Shown: piece after piece, positions 1 through 12,945 of the stretch | How positions within the stretch are numbered: position 1 is the first letter of the stretch | How the letters are laid out: each line of letters begins with the position of its first letter | NCBI GenBank assembly: GCA_013239625.1 | Contig: MU053652.1 | Location: 4,825,902-4,889,901 of the forward strand | Source: Lama guanicoe | Taxonomy: Eukaryota | Direction: 5' to 3' | DNA length: 64,000 nt | Notes under the pieces: generated by a model | What the model saw: the letters and a program-made list of their open reading frames with translations, nothing else | The model's database searches: none | Told to the model about the DNA's origin: nothing | Made by a program: the position numbers and the translations under genes

Positions 1-960
1 GCGCGCCAGCGAGCGCGCAACGGCCCCCACCCGTTCCGAGGGCAGCGCTGAGCGCGCTCGCCGACTATTTTGAGAACAAAGGAAGGCAAAATATAGAATC
101 TCAGAGAGAGAGTGCGGGGGACGCCGAGACCCCTTCGCCTTGCAAGCGCGCACACCCACACACACCCACTCACAATGCACAACACACCTGGGTCTGTATA
201 CCTCGTGCAGGCGCTCCCTGCTTTCGGGCTCTTTCAGGGACCTAATGGAGTGTGTGTGGCCAGATCTCCGGGGCAAAAGGATAGGTCCAGGTCAGGGCTT
301 CCTGCCCTGCCAGATTTGAAGGACGAACTCCCTCCTCCAACCCTACGACCCGGCACGGCCGGCGGGCGGGGCGTCCTCCCTCCACACGCCCATCCCCATC
401 CACCTATACAGACCCGAGCAGGAAGGACTCCTCTCCCAGGAGGCAGGCGCACCACTGCGCTTTCTCCTTTGGCTGCGCCGGGACCCCACGTGCGGGAGAA
501 ACCCTGCAGGGATCCAGCCCGTAGCCAAGCCACACTTTGGCGCCCCTGAACCCTTTGGCAGCGGGAGAGAACTGACTTCGGACGGAAGTACTGAGGGCCA
601 GGGTTGCTGTCACGGGCTCCAGAATCGTTTCTGCTGGGGAGCGATCGACTTTTTTGAGCGTCACCTCGCTCCAGCTCTCGGGAGATCGGTATCTAGCAGA
701 AAAGAGATGTGGCTGAAACGTGGGCATCAGCTTCAGAGGCTCTTTTGTAAGCTCTCCGTCCTCCCGTGACTGGGCCCTTGACTCACGCTGCGAGGGTGAG
801 GAGAACGCTCCTTTGGATCAAAATAGCAAACGTTTAGCCTTGGGCGGAGGCGGGGAGGCGGCTCGAGGGGTGTCGGAACTCTGAGCGCGAGGGCTGAGCC
901 CGCTGGGCAGAACCGGCTCGGCGGGCTCCCTTGAGCTCTGAAGTGTAAGTGGGGGAGCAA
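1..960. promoter_or_regulatory. CpG island / probable promoter region, truncated by the window start
   Basis: Dense unmutated CpGs and high GC; GC boxes (GGGCGG near 363 and 842); ETS-like CGGAAGT near 583; no repeat signature. Confidence 0.7.
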
Positions 961-1394
961 GGAAGACCTTTTGAAACGGCTCAGACTTCCCCTTCCTCCC
1001 AGAGGCCTCAGAGAGGGCTCTGCTTCATTCCAGCCTGGGCTTCTCTCTGGCTGTGGAGGCGGGGGGTGGGGGGGGGTGGGAGGTGCCTGGGATTTAAAGG
1101 CACGTCCCCCAAGGACTCTGTGTCTTTATGCCTGTGTGCAAAGTTCAAAGCAGTGACGTGGCTCACACAGCACCCTCTCCCGCAGCGAGGAGGGAGGGAT
1201 GCCTGTCAGACAACACCCTAACCGGAGGTATCCTCTCTTGGCCTTTGTTGACCACAAAGGTGATACATAGGCACCGACGCACTGACCTTCGTGGATAAAT
1301 TCATCTGCCCCTGTCAGCAACCAGATCAAAGAACAGGCTTTGGAGAGGACAGTCCTGGCCTCACCGTTTGTGAGCTGTGTGTCCTCCTGCTGCA

Positions 1395-1520
1395 CATGCC
1401 TTTCCCTCCCTGAGTTGCAGTGGCCTCATCTGTAAAACCAGGTCATAAAGCTCACTCCATAGGCTGTTTTGAAGATGACAAGAGATGATTCCTAGAATGT
1501 GCTGGAGAAATGGCATGCCC
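1395..1520 (+). mobile_element. MIR SINE fragment
   Basis: Degenerate MIR core cctcatctgtaaaa...ataggctgttttgaagat. Confidence 0.6.
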
Positions 1521-2229
1521 TGTTCCTAGTCCTGACCCCCACTCCACCCCTACCCACCATGGGTCGTTTTTTCAACAGTGAGTGAAACCACACTCCTCAA
1601 TGTGTACACTCTCTTTGGTGACACCTTTGAAGAAAGCCAATCAAAGATCACTGGGGAAACTGACATCGAGTGCCCTAGCCCCCAGAAGGATGGCATCTGT
1701 GATCTTTTCCTCCACATCAACAGCCTCTGAATAAAGCTGCAAAGTATGTGTCTCATGCCTTCAGATTCAAGTTCAATTGAGTGGTGGTGGCAAGGGGTGC
1801 GGGTGGTGGGGAATGTGGTCTGGCTCTGCTTCTCTTTCTCTAGGTTTAATTTCCAGCAGGACGTGCACTGAGGCTACATGTTCTGGAATCCCCTCACCCC
1901 TGCCCTTCTCACCCACAGCTCTGGTCCCACTGAGCTTTGGCCATCACCTGCCTGTCTGGACCATGGCAGGGACATGTGGCACTCTGTTTCCCCAGCAACT
2001 CCTAGCACAGTGCCTGGCACAGCAGCTGACATTAATTATTGATCCCAGTGACTGACAGTCCTTCTTTTGGGGATCTCCTGCCCCAGCCCCACCATTTCCA
2101 CACTGTCTCCACGTCCAAGTCCACCCATCCCCAGCATTTGGCCTGGGTCAAATGCTGACCCCTCCATGCAGGCCTCTCTGTCCTCTGGGATATGAGCTCA
2201 CCTGTTCTTAGTTCGTGGATCACTTGGAA

Positions 2230-2420
2230 GGGCTTTTATGGCTTTGATCATATTCTGCCCTGAATTACTATTCTCTGTGTAATTTCTACATCTCCCTGCT
2301 GGGTTGTAACTTCTTAGAGCCAGAACTGGGTCTTGCCCATCTCCATGTGCCCTACATAGCTCATCTGTGCCCAGCCCAGGCACAGAGTAGACACTCAAGT
2401 GATGTTTTCTGAACTGAACA
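2230..2420 (+). mobile_element. L2 LINE 3' end
   Basis: gcccagcccaggcacagagtagacactcaagtgatgttttctgaactgaa resembles the L2 terminus. Confidence 0.6.
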
Positions 2421-4514
2421 ATGGACAATGATGCCAATGGTGGTATCTCTGCAGACCTGGGCTGAGAGAAACCTGGGCAGGGTCAGTCTGGAGATGCCCC
2501 ACTCCACCTAGTCCCAAGGAGGGAGGCCCTAGCAGAGCATCCTTCCTACTTTTCTTCTAACCTGGGGGAAATTGCAGAGCCTGTCTGGCAATCTGGGAGT
2601 ATGAGGGGGTGGTGATGGAAGGAAGAAACCCACCTGGGTCAAACTCACAATCTGCCCAATCAGCTGTTTGATAGAAAAGCCAGGGTTTTTCAGTCACGTA
2701 GGCTGCTCAGCAGCTCATATGTCCCTGCTTTCTTCTGGCCCTCTCTCTGAAGTTCAAACTGCTAAGAAGAGGAGAATCCAAACAACCCAGGTAAGTTAGT
2801 CTGGGTCCCTGTCCCAGGCCACCTCTAGGCTCCTGGGATGTCCAGAGACTGACAACACTTGGCTGGTAGGATCTTGAGTTCGGACTGGAGTAGGACCCAG
2901 TGGGGTGTGGGGGCTGCCCTCAGCAGAGCTGTAGGAATGATGAGTCCCTTGGAAAGGGTCCTTTGATGTGTTGAGCACTTGGCTGGCTTGTTCAACAAAA
3001 TCATGCTCTAGAATAAACCTGGACGTCTCCCTCCACCCCTAGCCTGGGAAGATCAGGATATTGCTGATCAGGTGGACAGCAGGTTTCATTGCTGAGCTGA
3101 TCTTCATGCCAGGCCTCTCATGGGGCCCACAAGACCATGGCTAACCTCACTGTGTGCTGCTGATGGCAATGGGATCAGAAAGGCCAATGATCTTGGGGGG
3201 AGCCTGCCAGACCATCTCCCCAGAGGCTGCTCCATGCCCCACTCAGCCCCCACTTAGTTTGCAAGAACAGGTTCAGTCAAAGAAGACCTGGGTCTCCTGT
3301 GGAACACAGAGAGGCCAGGAGAAGAGCCACCCAGTCCCCTCATCCCCACTTGAGGCCTTGGTCTGAGCCCCCAAAAGATTGAGACCTTTGGGCTGGGAAT
3401 GAGAACTGGCTTCTAATCCCAGCACTACCATTAAGTTACCATATAACAAGTCAAGTGACACCCCTTCCCTGGGACTATTTTCACCTTCTGCTTCATGTAC
3501 TGGTGAAATGAGACAATCAAGGAGAGTCATCAGCACAGACATGGAGACCTGGTCACACCCTTGACTTCAGTGGAAATTGACCCAGACAACAGGAGCCCTA
3601 TGCCTCTTGAACCTGGGGGCTGTGGTGGGCAGGTGGCAGGATGAGCAGCTCTCTTGGGATTTGGCCTCCAGCTGGCTGGGCCTCTGGTGGCCTTAGGCCC
3701 TCTCCTGCCCGACAAGTCATTCATCTGATGCTTTTATAGCCCCTCTTGTCTGGAGGTCTCCTGCACCGAGCAAGGATGCCATAGCACTCTAAGTTCTTCC
3801 CAACAAACCAAGTGAAGATCCATTCATTCAGCCATTCAACAATCTCAAATGGTCCAATGCTATTTTTGCTCAAATTGTTCCCCTCTCAGTTCCTGTTCCT
3901 TGACCACCAGATTTTATTCTAGGCCCTGCTCAAGCTTTGTTCTTAACATTTCCCAGTCTATGGGTCCAACGTCTCCCCTAGAGGCACCAGCAACTCCTCA
4001 TCATCTTACCAACCTCCAGATCTGCATCTGAGAGTCCTAGAAAGCTTCCCCCCTTTCTTCTGCTGTGCTAGTTCTCCTGCCCCTTAACCGCAGTCTTTCC
4101 CCACATCCTCCTAGCTTTCCATCCCTGTGAGGGGAGCGCTGAGCCAAGGTTACAACTTTGCAGGACCCTAAATTTGGGTCTTGCTTCTGATAGAGGGGCA
4201 ATTATGCTTGTTGCTCTTTTGGGCAAAGGTGGAGGTAGCTAAGCAGCAAATGATTAAGTATGGAAAACCTGCCAAGGATCCAATGGCATAAAGCCAAGAG
4301 CTGGATTCAAATCGAGAGGTAGAATAGGTGCCAGTTAGGTTGGTGTGGACAAGTTTGGCAACCAACATTCAGAAAAGGAAGCACCCAGGCTGGAGAAAGC
4401 CAGCCAGCTTCACAAAGGGAGGTGTTACTTGGACTGAACCTCAAGAGGTGAATAGAATCTGGAGTGGGGAGAGGGAATGAGAAAAGGACAGATAGATGGC
4501 AGCAACTATATGAA

Positions 4515-4665
4515 GCAGTGGGTCTCAACCACTGCTCACTCTGGAGTCACCCTGGGATAAACCTAGGCTTAACCCGAAGATGATACAAAGATGCTCAGGC
4601 CCTCCTCCCAAGAAACTCAAATTCTACTGTTCTAGGATGAAGATTTGGCATTTGTATTTTTCAAA
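4515..4665. mobile_element. MER5-type hAT-Charlie DNA transposon fragment
   Basis: cagtgggtctcaacc...gagtcacc...gatgctcaggccc...ggcatttgtattttt. Confidence 0.5.
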
Positions 4666-4844
4666 TTTTCATTTGCACTTTGTGATTTATTGACCATTAA
4701 TTATGTGCCATGCTATCAGAAATTATTTTTAATTTGTAATACTCTAATATAGTTCAAAGGACCACACAGTGGTGGTTCAGAGGGAAGTCCTTTTTTTTGG
4801 AATCCTGCCTCCCCTCTCACTGTCCGTCTGACCAGGAATGGTGT

Positions 4845-4980
4845 CCTAAACTTCCTAAATTTGTTTCTTCATCTGTAGAATGGTGACAATGACAGTACTT
4901 ACATCCCACGGGACTGCTTTGTGGCTCACATGAGATAATGCTTTCACCTGTTGAATGCTAACACCTGGGGCACTGATTAT
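4845..4980 (+). mobile_element. MIR SINE fragment
   Basis: tttcttcatctgtagaatggtgacaatgacagtacttacatc core. Confidence 0.6.
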
Positions 4981-5467
4981 GTTCAATGGCTCCAGATTAT
5001 TCAATGTGCAGCCAGGGCTGAAGATCTCTAGCATAAAGCAAACGCCAAAATGGGTTGTTTGGGGGGACTCTCTGGATGTTGGAAAGATCAGTACCAGAGG
5101 CAGGAGAAACTCAAAGGGATGGGGATCTATGATGAAACAGTTTCATGGCAGGGTGACATGTTGGGGCTTTATCCCAATAAGCACAACAGGAGGCCAGATT
5201 TCAGGGTTTGAGGATGAGGCACAACATGATGAATGTGATACCTCAGGAATCTGGGGCTTGTGCCACCTCAATTAGAGGGAGCCAGATGCAGCCGAGAGAG
5301 TAGTCTGGGATCAGAACAGACATTGAAAAGAAGGGATGAGTGTGAGGTGAAGCCAAAGGAATAATCAACAGGATTTAGGACCTTTGTGGACATTAGAGTC
5401 TAAAGAGATTGAGGGAAGAGAAATAAATTTAAGTTTTCAGGTCTAGCAGGACCAAGGAAGCAACACC

Positions 5468-5920
5468 TGTGTTGGTTAGTATTATATATTTAACTCTGAG
5501 TATCAGGTAACTCAAATCAACAATGACTTAAACAAAATAGAAGTTTATTTCTCTACCAGTTGAAAGTCCAGTGGTGTGCAGTTCAAAGCTGGGAAGGCAG
5601 CTTTGTTCCACAAAGTCACAGCTCACTCATCTGCCATCTGGGGCATGGTCTTTATCATCGTGGTACCAGCTGGCACTTGGCTTCTAGCATCCATATGGAG
5701 AGAGGAATAAAAAACTGGCAAAAGGCAAGACCCAGGGACTTTTTGAGGGAGGTTTCTTTTTGCTGCCACGCATCACTTCCATTTATATTCCACGGTCCAG
5801 AAATTAATCTATGGCCACACCTAGTTACAAGTGAAGTTAAAAGTGTGGTCTTTATTTTCTAAGTGGCCTTGCACCCAGCTAAAAAATTCTGATAACCCGA
5901 TGATAGAAGTGGATTCTGTT
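5468..5920 (-). mobile_element. Old MaLR LTR (MLT1J/K-like)
   Basis: actcaaatcaacaatgacttaaacaaaatagaagtttatttctct and atggccacacctagttacaag motifs typical of antisense MLT1. Confidence 0.55.
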
Positions 5921-6965
5921 TCCATGAAAGAAGAGGAATTCAGGTACTGGGAGAGAGCTAACAGTTGCCTCATTTTCTTAAATTGTGAAGTTGAAAATGG
6001 AGTCATTTTGGGAAACTGTTTTCCTGAATATGTTGAGTTTGAAACAGGGGGCAGTAAAGTATAGACTTATGGGCTACGGTAGGCAGAGTTCTAAGGTGGC
6101 CCCAAGATTTCTGACCCCTCTGGCATACACACCATTTATAAATCCCTCCCTGTGGATGGGACTTGTGAATATGCTGGGAGTTTTCAAGAGGGCGCTCAGA
6201 ATGGCATGATGGGGATGCAAGTCAAACTGTGGGAAGTAAATGAGGGGACGGCTGATAAGAAAGGGGAGGCAGCCATCATGATTGAAAAGCTTCCGTGAGT
6301 TGGCCACTATCTCCCTCTCCAGACTCTCCTACCAATCTCTTTCTTTCACATCGTTTCAGAGGATGACTCTCAGGCTTCTGATTCGAGAAACTTAGTGGCC
6401 ATGGTAGAAAACACTGGTAAAGCACGGATCTGAGGAAGAAGACAAGGAGTTATGCTGGACCGAGTTTGAGGTGTCCGTGAAAATATCAAGCGGAAAGATC
6501 CCAGAAACAGTTGGGATATTCAGCAGCACGGGAAAATACAAATGTTGATGGCCTTGAAGGATCATTTCCTCTTTTTTTAATAAATCAGCAGTTTGTTGGC
6601 TCAGCACGTCTGAATCAGTTCATGGGAAGAACGGGGTGGACCCAGCGCTGAGCTTGGAGGTCCCCCTTCCTTGACCAGGGAGCTGTCACTGTCCCAAGGC
6701 TGCACAGATGTGTCTGCCCACTGTCTCTATAAATAAGGAGCATTAAGGGAACAGAGTTCCTCTCGACCAAATGGTCTCAGTCTCATCTTTAGATGTCGCC
6801 ATCAATATCTGTGAAACAGGCTCTAGGAAAAAGACTAAAAAAGCTATCTTTATTTAGCTTGGAGAGGAGAGGGAGGGAGAGCTGTGAGTTGCTAGGAATA
6901 AACTGCTGTTTTTATCTTTTTGTCCTCAAGGAGGCCAGAGGAGGTGGACTTGGGATACAGTTGGA

Positions 6966-7210
6966 GAGTTCATTCTCAAGGGGGTGGGGAATGAAGATTT
7001 TTGTCCCCCGCCCCTCACCAAGGGACATTTGGCAATGTCTGGAGACATTTTTGGTTATCATGACTAGTGGGAGGTAGGTAGGCGATGCTCCTGGCATCCA
7101 GTGAGTAGAAGCCAGGGACGCTGTTAAACAACCTAAAATGCACAGGAGAGCCCCACAAAACAGAATTCTCTGGCCCCATATGTCAACAGTACCCAGGTTG
7201 AGAAACCCTG
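6966..7210. mobile_element. MER20 hAT-Charlie DNA transposon
   Basis: gggacatttggcaatgtctggagacatttttggtt...ctggcatccagtgagtagaagccaggga...ggttgagaaaccctg. Confidence 0.85.
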
Positions 7211-7797
7211 AGTTAGAGGAATTTTAGTTACCTAATTTCTTTTGAAGCAAAGAAAAAATAGTCACTCAGTCTACTTTAAAGGAAAGGGTACCTTATTTGC
7301 TTGCTTAAGGATATATGTGGCTGGCAGCCAGGGTTAGAACAGGACAGCTGTTGGAAACCCAGCTTTCTCAACCTCAATGTCTCTGTTTCTCCTGGTTTGC
7401 CTGCTCCTGCCTCCCCTCACTGCTGATAGGCCAAGCCTTTAAAATTCCAAGGGAGGCAGTCCGATAGGCTTAGTCAGATCACCGCTGCTCCTTGAGAGGC
7501 TCCAAACAGGCCACCTTCCTAGGTTCTGGTCAGCCTATGGATGGATGATATATGCTTTGGTCAATGGTCCAACACCACCCCTTTTCCAACCAGAAGCTAC
7601 TCATATACGAAACAGTCTGGACATCTTCCCTGGGTAGGAGATCGTGTGCAGGGCAGTGTGAGTCAGAAAGTGATGATAGAATCGAACATGCATGACCAGC
7701 ATTTATATTGCTCTTTCTGGCTCACTGGTATCTTTTCCTTAGTGCAGCCAAGATAGGAGCTGAGTACAAAGCTGCAGTTTTCCTTTTTACTCCGAAG

Positions 7798-8010
7798 CTG
7801 TGCTGTCCAATAAAGTACCACTAGCTACCACTAGCCACATGTGGCTATTCAAATTTAAATTACTTAAAATTAGATACAATTAAAAATTCAGTGCCTTAGT
7901 CCCATTAATCACATTTCAAGTGCTCAAGAGCCAAAGGTGGCCAGTGGCTACTGCATCGGACAGCACAGATACGGAACATCTCCATCACTGCAGACAGTTC
8001 TGTTGGACAA
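7798..8010. mobile_element. MER3 hAT-Charlie DNA transposon
   Basis: ctgtgctgtccaata...ccactagccacatgtggctatt...cacatttcaagtgctcaa...gttctgttggaca. Confidence 0.85.
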
Positions 8011-8518
8011 TGAACGACATTCCAAAGGAAAATATTGACCAAATTGGAAGGGTTGGTTATAAATGGGAAACACATTTTAGGGTCAGCCCTAGAGAGAAAT
8101 CTGAGTCATTTTTTTTATCAATTCAGTCCTTACTGCAGGGTGTGTGTGAGTCTGTGAGCAACCGTGCCTCATATGGAGTTCATGCCTCAGGTTGTGTGTC
8201 CCCCAGGGATGACATGCCTCTGCTCGTGGAAGCAAGAGCTCGGAGAATAATTTCACCTGAGGAGGATTGCTGTAACTCACCCATTTGGAAGGGTGCTATA
8301 AATGTTTAAGAGTAAAGAGTTGTTGAAGATCTCTGAATAGTGCATAATCAGCTTTTCAAACACCATGGCAATAGATGACACGTAGCAATTTACAGCTCAG
8401 GTGAACACAGGAGTGTGACCAGGGCGGTTAGTCTCACTGACATGCCTTTCGGAGCTTCTGAGGCCTTTCTTTCTTGGCTCCCATCTTTCTTGCCTTCTTT
8501 TTTTTTTTTCTCTGCCCT

Positions 8519-8860
8519 ATGTGGTTGTCATTACTGCTGTTTACCAAGTACTCCTACCCCCTTTCAGGCACAGGATAGGATTGCCCTTCCTGTCCCTTGT
8601 GGTTGGGACCTGAGCCTGTGAGACCAGCCCTGGCTGGTGGGTGAAGTGCTCCGTGCTCTTCTCCAGGAGAGCATATGAGGTCTCTTTTTGGCAGGGCAAC
8701 TGGCAGTATTCAAGTTGGCAGCTGCTCTACCAAACTGGATCCCTGAGTGACCACCATGTGCAATGGGTTGGAGATATAAAGTGGCAGGAAATAAACCTAA
8801 CTTGTGTTCTTTTCAGACACCAAGATTTGGGGATTGTTTTTTTTTTTTCCTTTGTAACCA
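8519..8860 (+). mobile_element. Old MaLR LTR (MLT1I-like)
   Basis: Starts tgtggttgtcattactgct; 3' part gaaataaacct...agatttggggattgttt. Confidence 0.5.
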
Positions 8861-9459
8861 GTTTCAGGGACCTTAAAAACCTCAGTGTCTTTAATACTCG
8901 TAAGATGGCTTTCCTATTGCCAGCATTTCTTAAATTTCTGCAGAAACATATTCAGGTAAGCAGATTCTTTGGCTGGCTTTGTGTTTTCTTTTTCTTTTTC
9001 AATTGTGGCAAAACCTAGTCAATCCAGCCCAGTTACTGTGCTTTTCACATATCCACACCCCCAGCAATTTGTTGTGTTCATTGGCTGAGGTTGTTTCCTA
9101 TTACTTAGAAAGAAAAGAAAGTGAGTTGAAACTTTTTATATTTGTAGCAACCACCAAACTTGGATGTTTTCAAGATGAATCTTTTTATGGATTGGGTCTC
9201 TTGATAGTAGAAGAAGGAGCTCTTCACCTGCTGAAGGATTTCTTTTCTAAACTAGTTAAGTACCAGCTGTCTCCTTGGTTTATTGCAGAATAACTTAAGG
9301 CTAACATTTTTGGAAAAGAAACTCATAGTGGTTAATAACAGCAATGGACCCAAGAGGAGAATAAAACACTGGGAAGGAGCCGGTGGGAATTATCTCAATC
9401 CACGAGATGGAAGTTGCGCTGCTAGAGAAATGGACACAGTTCCTGGGCCAAGAAAGGTC

Positions 9460-10420
9460 ATGCATTCATTCATTCATTCATTCATTCATTCGCAAACAAT
9501 CATTGAGCACCTAGTATGGGCTTTGCCCAGATGGAGCTTCTACCCTGGAGGGGTAAAGGGAAATAAGTAGACAAAAGTGCAATGAAGGAGATAAACACAA
9601 ATGAAATGGAGTAATGGGGGGAGGAGCAGAGGGCCTCTCAGAAGAGGTGACACTTGAGAGGAGACCCGGAGAAAAAGGAGTCAGTCATGCAAAGAGCAGA
9701 AAATCATTCCAAACAGAAACAGCAGTTCAGAGGCAAGAGGAGGAAAGAACTTAGCATATACAGTAAATGGGTGGTGGCGGGGTGGGGGGCGCACAAAGCC
9801 AGCATGACCAGAGTGTGATGATGGTGGAGACAAGTGAAAGAATATGGGTCAGGGAGGTGGGCAGGGGCCTTTGGGATTTCAAGTTTCACTCTGAGAGGAA
9901 GAGGAAGCCCATGGAGGAGGTTGGGAAGGGGGTGATGCTGGCACACTTTTTCTGTAAAGGCCGTATGATCTCTGTTGCAATGATTCAGCTCTGTAAGAGC
10001 AGCCACAGACAATACATGAGGGAATGAGCGTGGCTGTTTTCCAATAAAACTTTACTTATGGGCAATAAAATCTGAATTTCATATTTTCACATGTCACAAA
10101 ACATTATTCCTTGGTTTTTTTCCCCCTGATCATTTAATAACATAAAAATCACTTTTAGCTCATGAACCAGATTTAGCCTACGGGCCATCATTAGCCAACC
10201 CTTGATTTACATCATTCAGGCTGGATGACTGTTGAAGCAGAAAACCTGCTTTGGAGACTTTTGCAAAATAATCCACCAGGTAGTGAAGAAGGCTTGACCT
10301 GGGTGATTGTTGGAGGTGGTGAGAAGGATTCAAGATGCGTTCTGGGGGCTGGAGCACAGAACGTGCTGATGAGCAAGACGTGGGGGTGAGAGAGGAGCGG
10401 AGTCAGGGATGACTGGGGGG
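9460..10420 (-). mobile_element. L2 LINE (antisense), interrupted by MER58
   Basis: (TTCA)n tail at 9464-9490 followed by attgagcacct; internal L2 motifs gaggtgacacttgag and tttcactctgagaggaa. Confidence 0.65.
9930..10204. mobile_element. MER58 (B-like) hAT-Charlie DNA transposon
   Basis: actttttctgtaaaggcc...gcagccacagacaatac...ggctgttttccaataaaacttta...gggccatcattagccaacccttg. Confidence 0.8.
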
Positions 10421-10899
10421 TGATACCATTCTCGGAGGGCCCACAGGGAAGTAGATCTGGGGGAAGCAGGCGTTCCAACCCGGCCGCTTTGGGTTGGTTT
10501 GAGTCCTGATGGATGCAGCCACATGTGATCTGGAGCCCAGAGAGCAGGGAAACCCCCTGGATTTTTCCAGAGCCTGTTGCTTACCAGCTGTGTGACCCTG
10601 GGCAAGTCACTTCTGTTGAACATAAGATCTCCTGCCCAACCCTGTCTGGATGGTGGTAAGGATCAGCTGAGATTTCACTTAAACCTGATTAGGAATTCCT
10701 ACCCGAGTCAGGACCTCAGCACTCCCTTCCTCAGCACCAAATCTGACTCTAAAGGCATCAGTGGAAGATTCTTTAGGTTCTCTCAGGGAAATGGAGGAGT
10801 TGTGTCACTTACTGGCCATCAGAACTTTCTGAAAATCTTCTCTAAACTTCTCTGTTCTCTCCACGAAATCCCTCTCCCCAGGCAGCTGCCTCAGTCTTC

Positions 10900-11692
10900 T
10901 AAGATGAAGAAAAAATACACAGTTTCTTCTTTAGACTCAACACTTCTGACACCAAATGTATGGATTTCCCCCACAATAACCAATTCTAGAACTCTCTGAA
11001 CACCCGCTGGGTGTCCTACAATTCAATTCTGATGCTAAATACCTGGGGTTAATGTGGATCCCACTGGTGAAGGGCTCAGTCCCACGAGACTGCCCCTACT
11101 TCAGCTAATCGCACGTAGTGGGTCCTCAGGTTATTCACAACTCTGTCCATCATGGCTACAAATGGGGGCCACATGCCCCTCTCCTTAGGTTTGATACTTT
11201 GTTATGAAGTCTCATAGAACTCAGGGAAACACTTACGTTTACCAATTTATTATGAAGGATACAGATGAACAGCCAGGAGAGAGGTACATAGCGCAAAGTG
11301 TGGAAGGTTCCCAATCAAAGGAGCTTCTGCCCCCAAGGATTTGGGGTGCATCACCCTCCCANNNNNNNNNNNNNNNNNNNNNNNNNNNNNNNNNNNNNNN
11401 NNNNNNNNNNNNNNNNNNNNNNNNNNNNNNNNNNNNNNNNNNNNNNNNNNNNNNNNNNNNNNNNNNNNNNNNNNNNNNNNNNNNNNNNNNAGGATGGGAG
11501 GTGAGGCTGAAAGTTCTAAGCTTCTAATCCTAGCTTGGTTTTTCTTATGACCAGTCCCCATCCAAGAACCCCCCAAGAGTTGCCTCTTTAGACCAAAAAA
11601 CTTTCCTATCACCCTGGAAATTCCAAGGGGTTTAGGAGCTCTGTGCCAGGAAATGGGGCAGAGATCAAATACATTTTTCTTATTTTATCACA
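10900..11692 (-). mobile_element. MER21-type ERV LTR (contains N-run 11362-11490)
   Basis: gggctcagtcccacgagactgccccta, gaaattccaaggggtttaggagctctgtgccagg; terminus atcaca (TGTGAT on minus strand). Confidence 0.8.
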
Positions 11693-11799
11693 CAGGGTCT
11701 TGCCCCTTTTTTTTCCCCCCTGAACTTGCTCTCTCCACGGTCTCTCACATTTAACACTTGAAACCCCCTGACTAGATTTGCAGAAACTCAGGGTGACAG

Positions 11800-11862
11800 A
11801 ACCACTCTGACTGTGGTGGTGGTACACAGATCTACACACGTGATGAAGTTGTGTGTAGAAAT

Positions 11863-11905
<43 letters not shown>

Positions 11906-12075
11906 AGTACGTGTAAAACTGGGGAAATCACAGTAAGATCAGTGGCTTGTATCAGCACCCGTCCCTGGTTGTGGTTTTGTATTATAAGGTTAAGGGCACA
12001 GGGGATCTCCCTGTATCATTTCTTACAAGTGCATGCGAATCTACAATTATCTCAAAATTAAAAGTTTAATTGTAA
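11800..12075 (+). mobile_element. L1 (L1MC/MD-like) 3' end
   Basis: gtgtaaaactggggaaat...atttcttacaagtgcatgcgaatctacaattatctcaaaattaaaagt. Confidence 0.75.
11865..11903. repeat. (AC)n microsatellite, about 19 units
   Basis: Perfect dinucleotide run seen directly. Confidence 0.95.
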
Positions 12076-12692
12076 AAAATCCTGCTTTGTAATCCCATTC
12101 AACAAGTTAGAAGCTAACCTTTTGAGCAAAATCCCCTCAAGGGCTTTATGAAACAATTTTCTCTACTTTTTTCTAAATCTGAAGTTTTCATCAAATAGAA
12201 GTTAACAGATACAAGCCCTCACTAGCCAAGCACAATTACTCTTTTTCAAATCTGAGGAGCTTTAATCTACTTCACCCTAGCAATAAGAAAACGCTTTTAA
12301 AAATATGCCCGGGTGAGGAGTTGTATCATGGCTAAAACACCATACACGTATTGGACATCAGGCCTTGTGTTGAAAAGCTAGAAATTCAGGGGATGGTGTA
12401 CGGAGAACCCAGATCTCAAACAGGTGGGGAGAGAGAGGTGACGGGGGCTAAAGCTCCCCCAGTTGATTAAAACTGGAGACCCCTGCCCTGCCCCATTCTC
12501 CCATGATTAACAATCACCCGTCAATCCCAAGAGCATGAAATTGGGTGCTTTGAGCTTGGGGGACCCTCCCACCCGCAGCCACAGTGCGAAAGCCTAAAAG
12601 CTTCATAAGGCAGAGAGTGATCATCATTCTTTTGATGATGATGATCACGATTCAAAATTGCTGTAATCCAATTACGTAATCTATTTCCGAAA

Positions 12693-12945
12693 CAGTGTTC
12701 TCAGACACGGGTTCCACGGGACATTTACACTTATTCCTTGAACAAGAGTCCCACACAGTGCCGGAAGTTTAGGCAGCTGTGTACAGTCCTCCTGTGTAAA
12801 TTTCTCCCTGAAAAGTCACAAGGGGCAGTAGAATTTAAAGGTTCGGACAAATCCCACAATAAACCTACTTAACTTCGTTGAAGTCAGCAATTCCCCAATT
12901 TGTTAGCTACCTGTTAATATCACTTGCTTACCCAGTGTTTGGGGC
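12693..12945. mobile_element. Old hAT-Charlie DNA transposon remnant (MER112-like)
   Basis: cagtgttctcaga terminus and ttaaaggttcggacaaatccc...aaacctacttaactt...agcaattccccaa. Confidence 0.4.
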
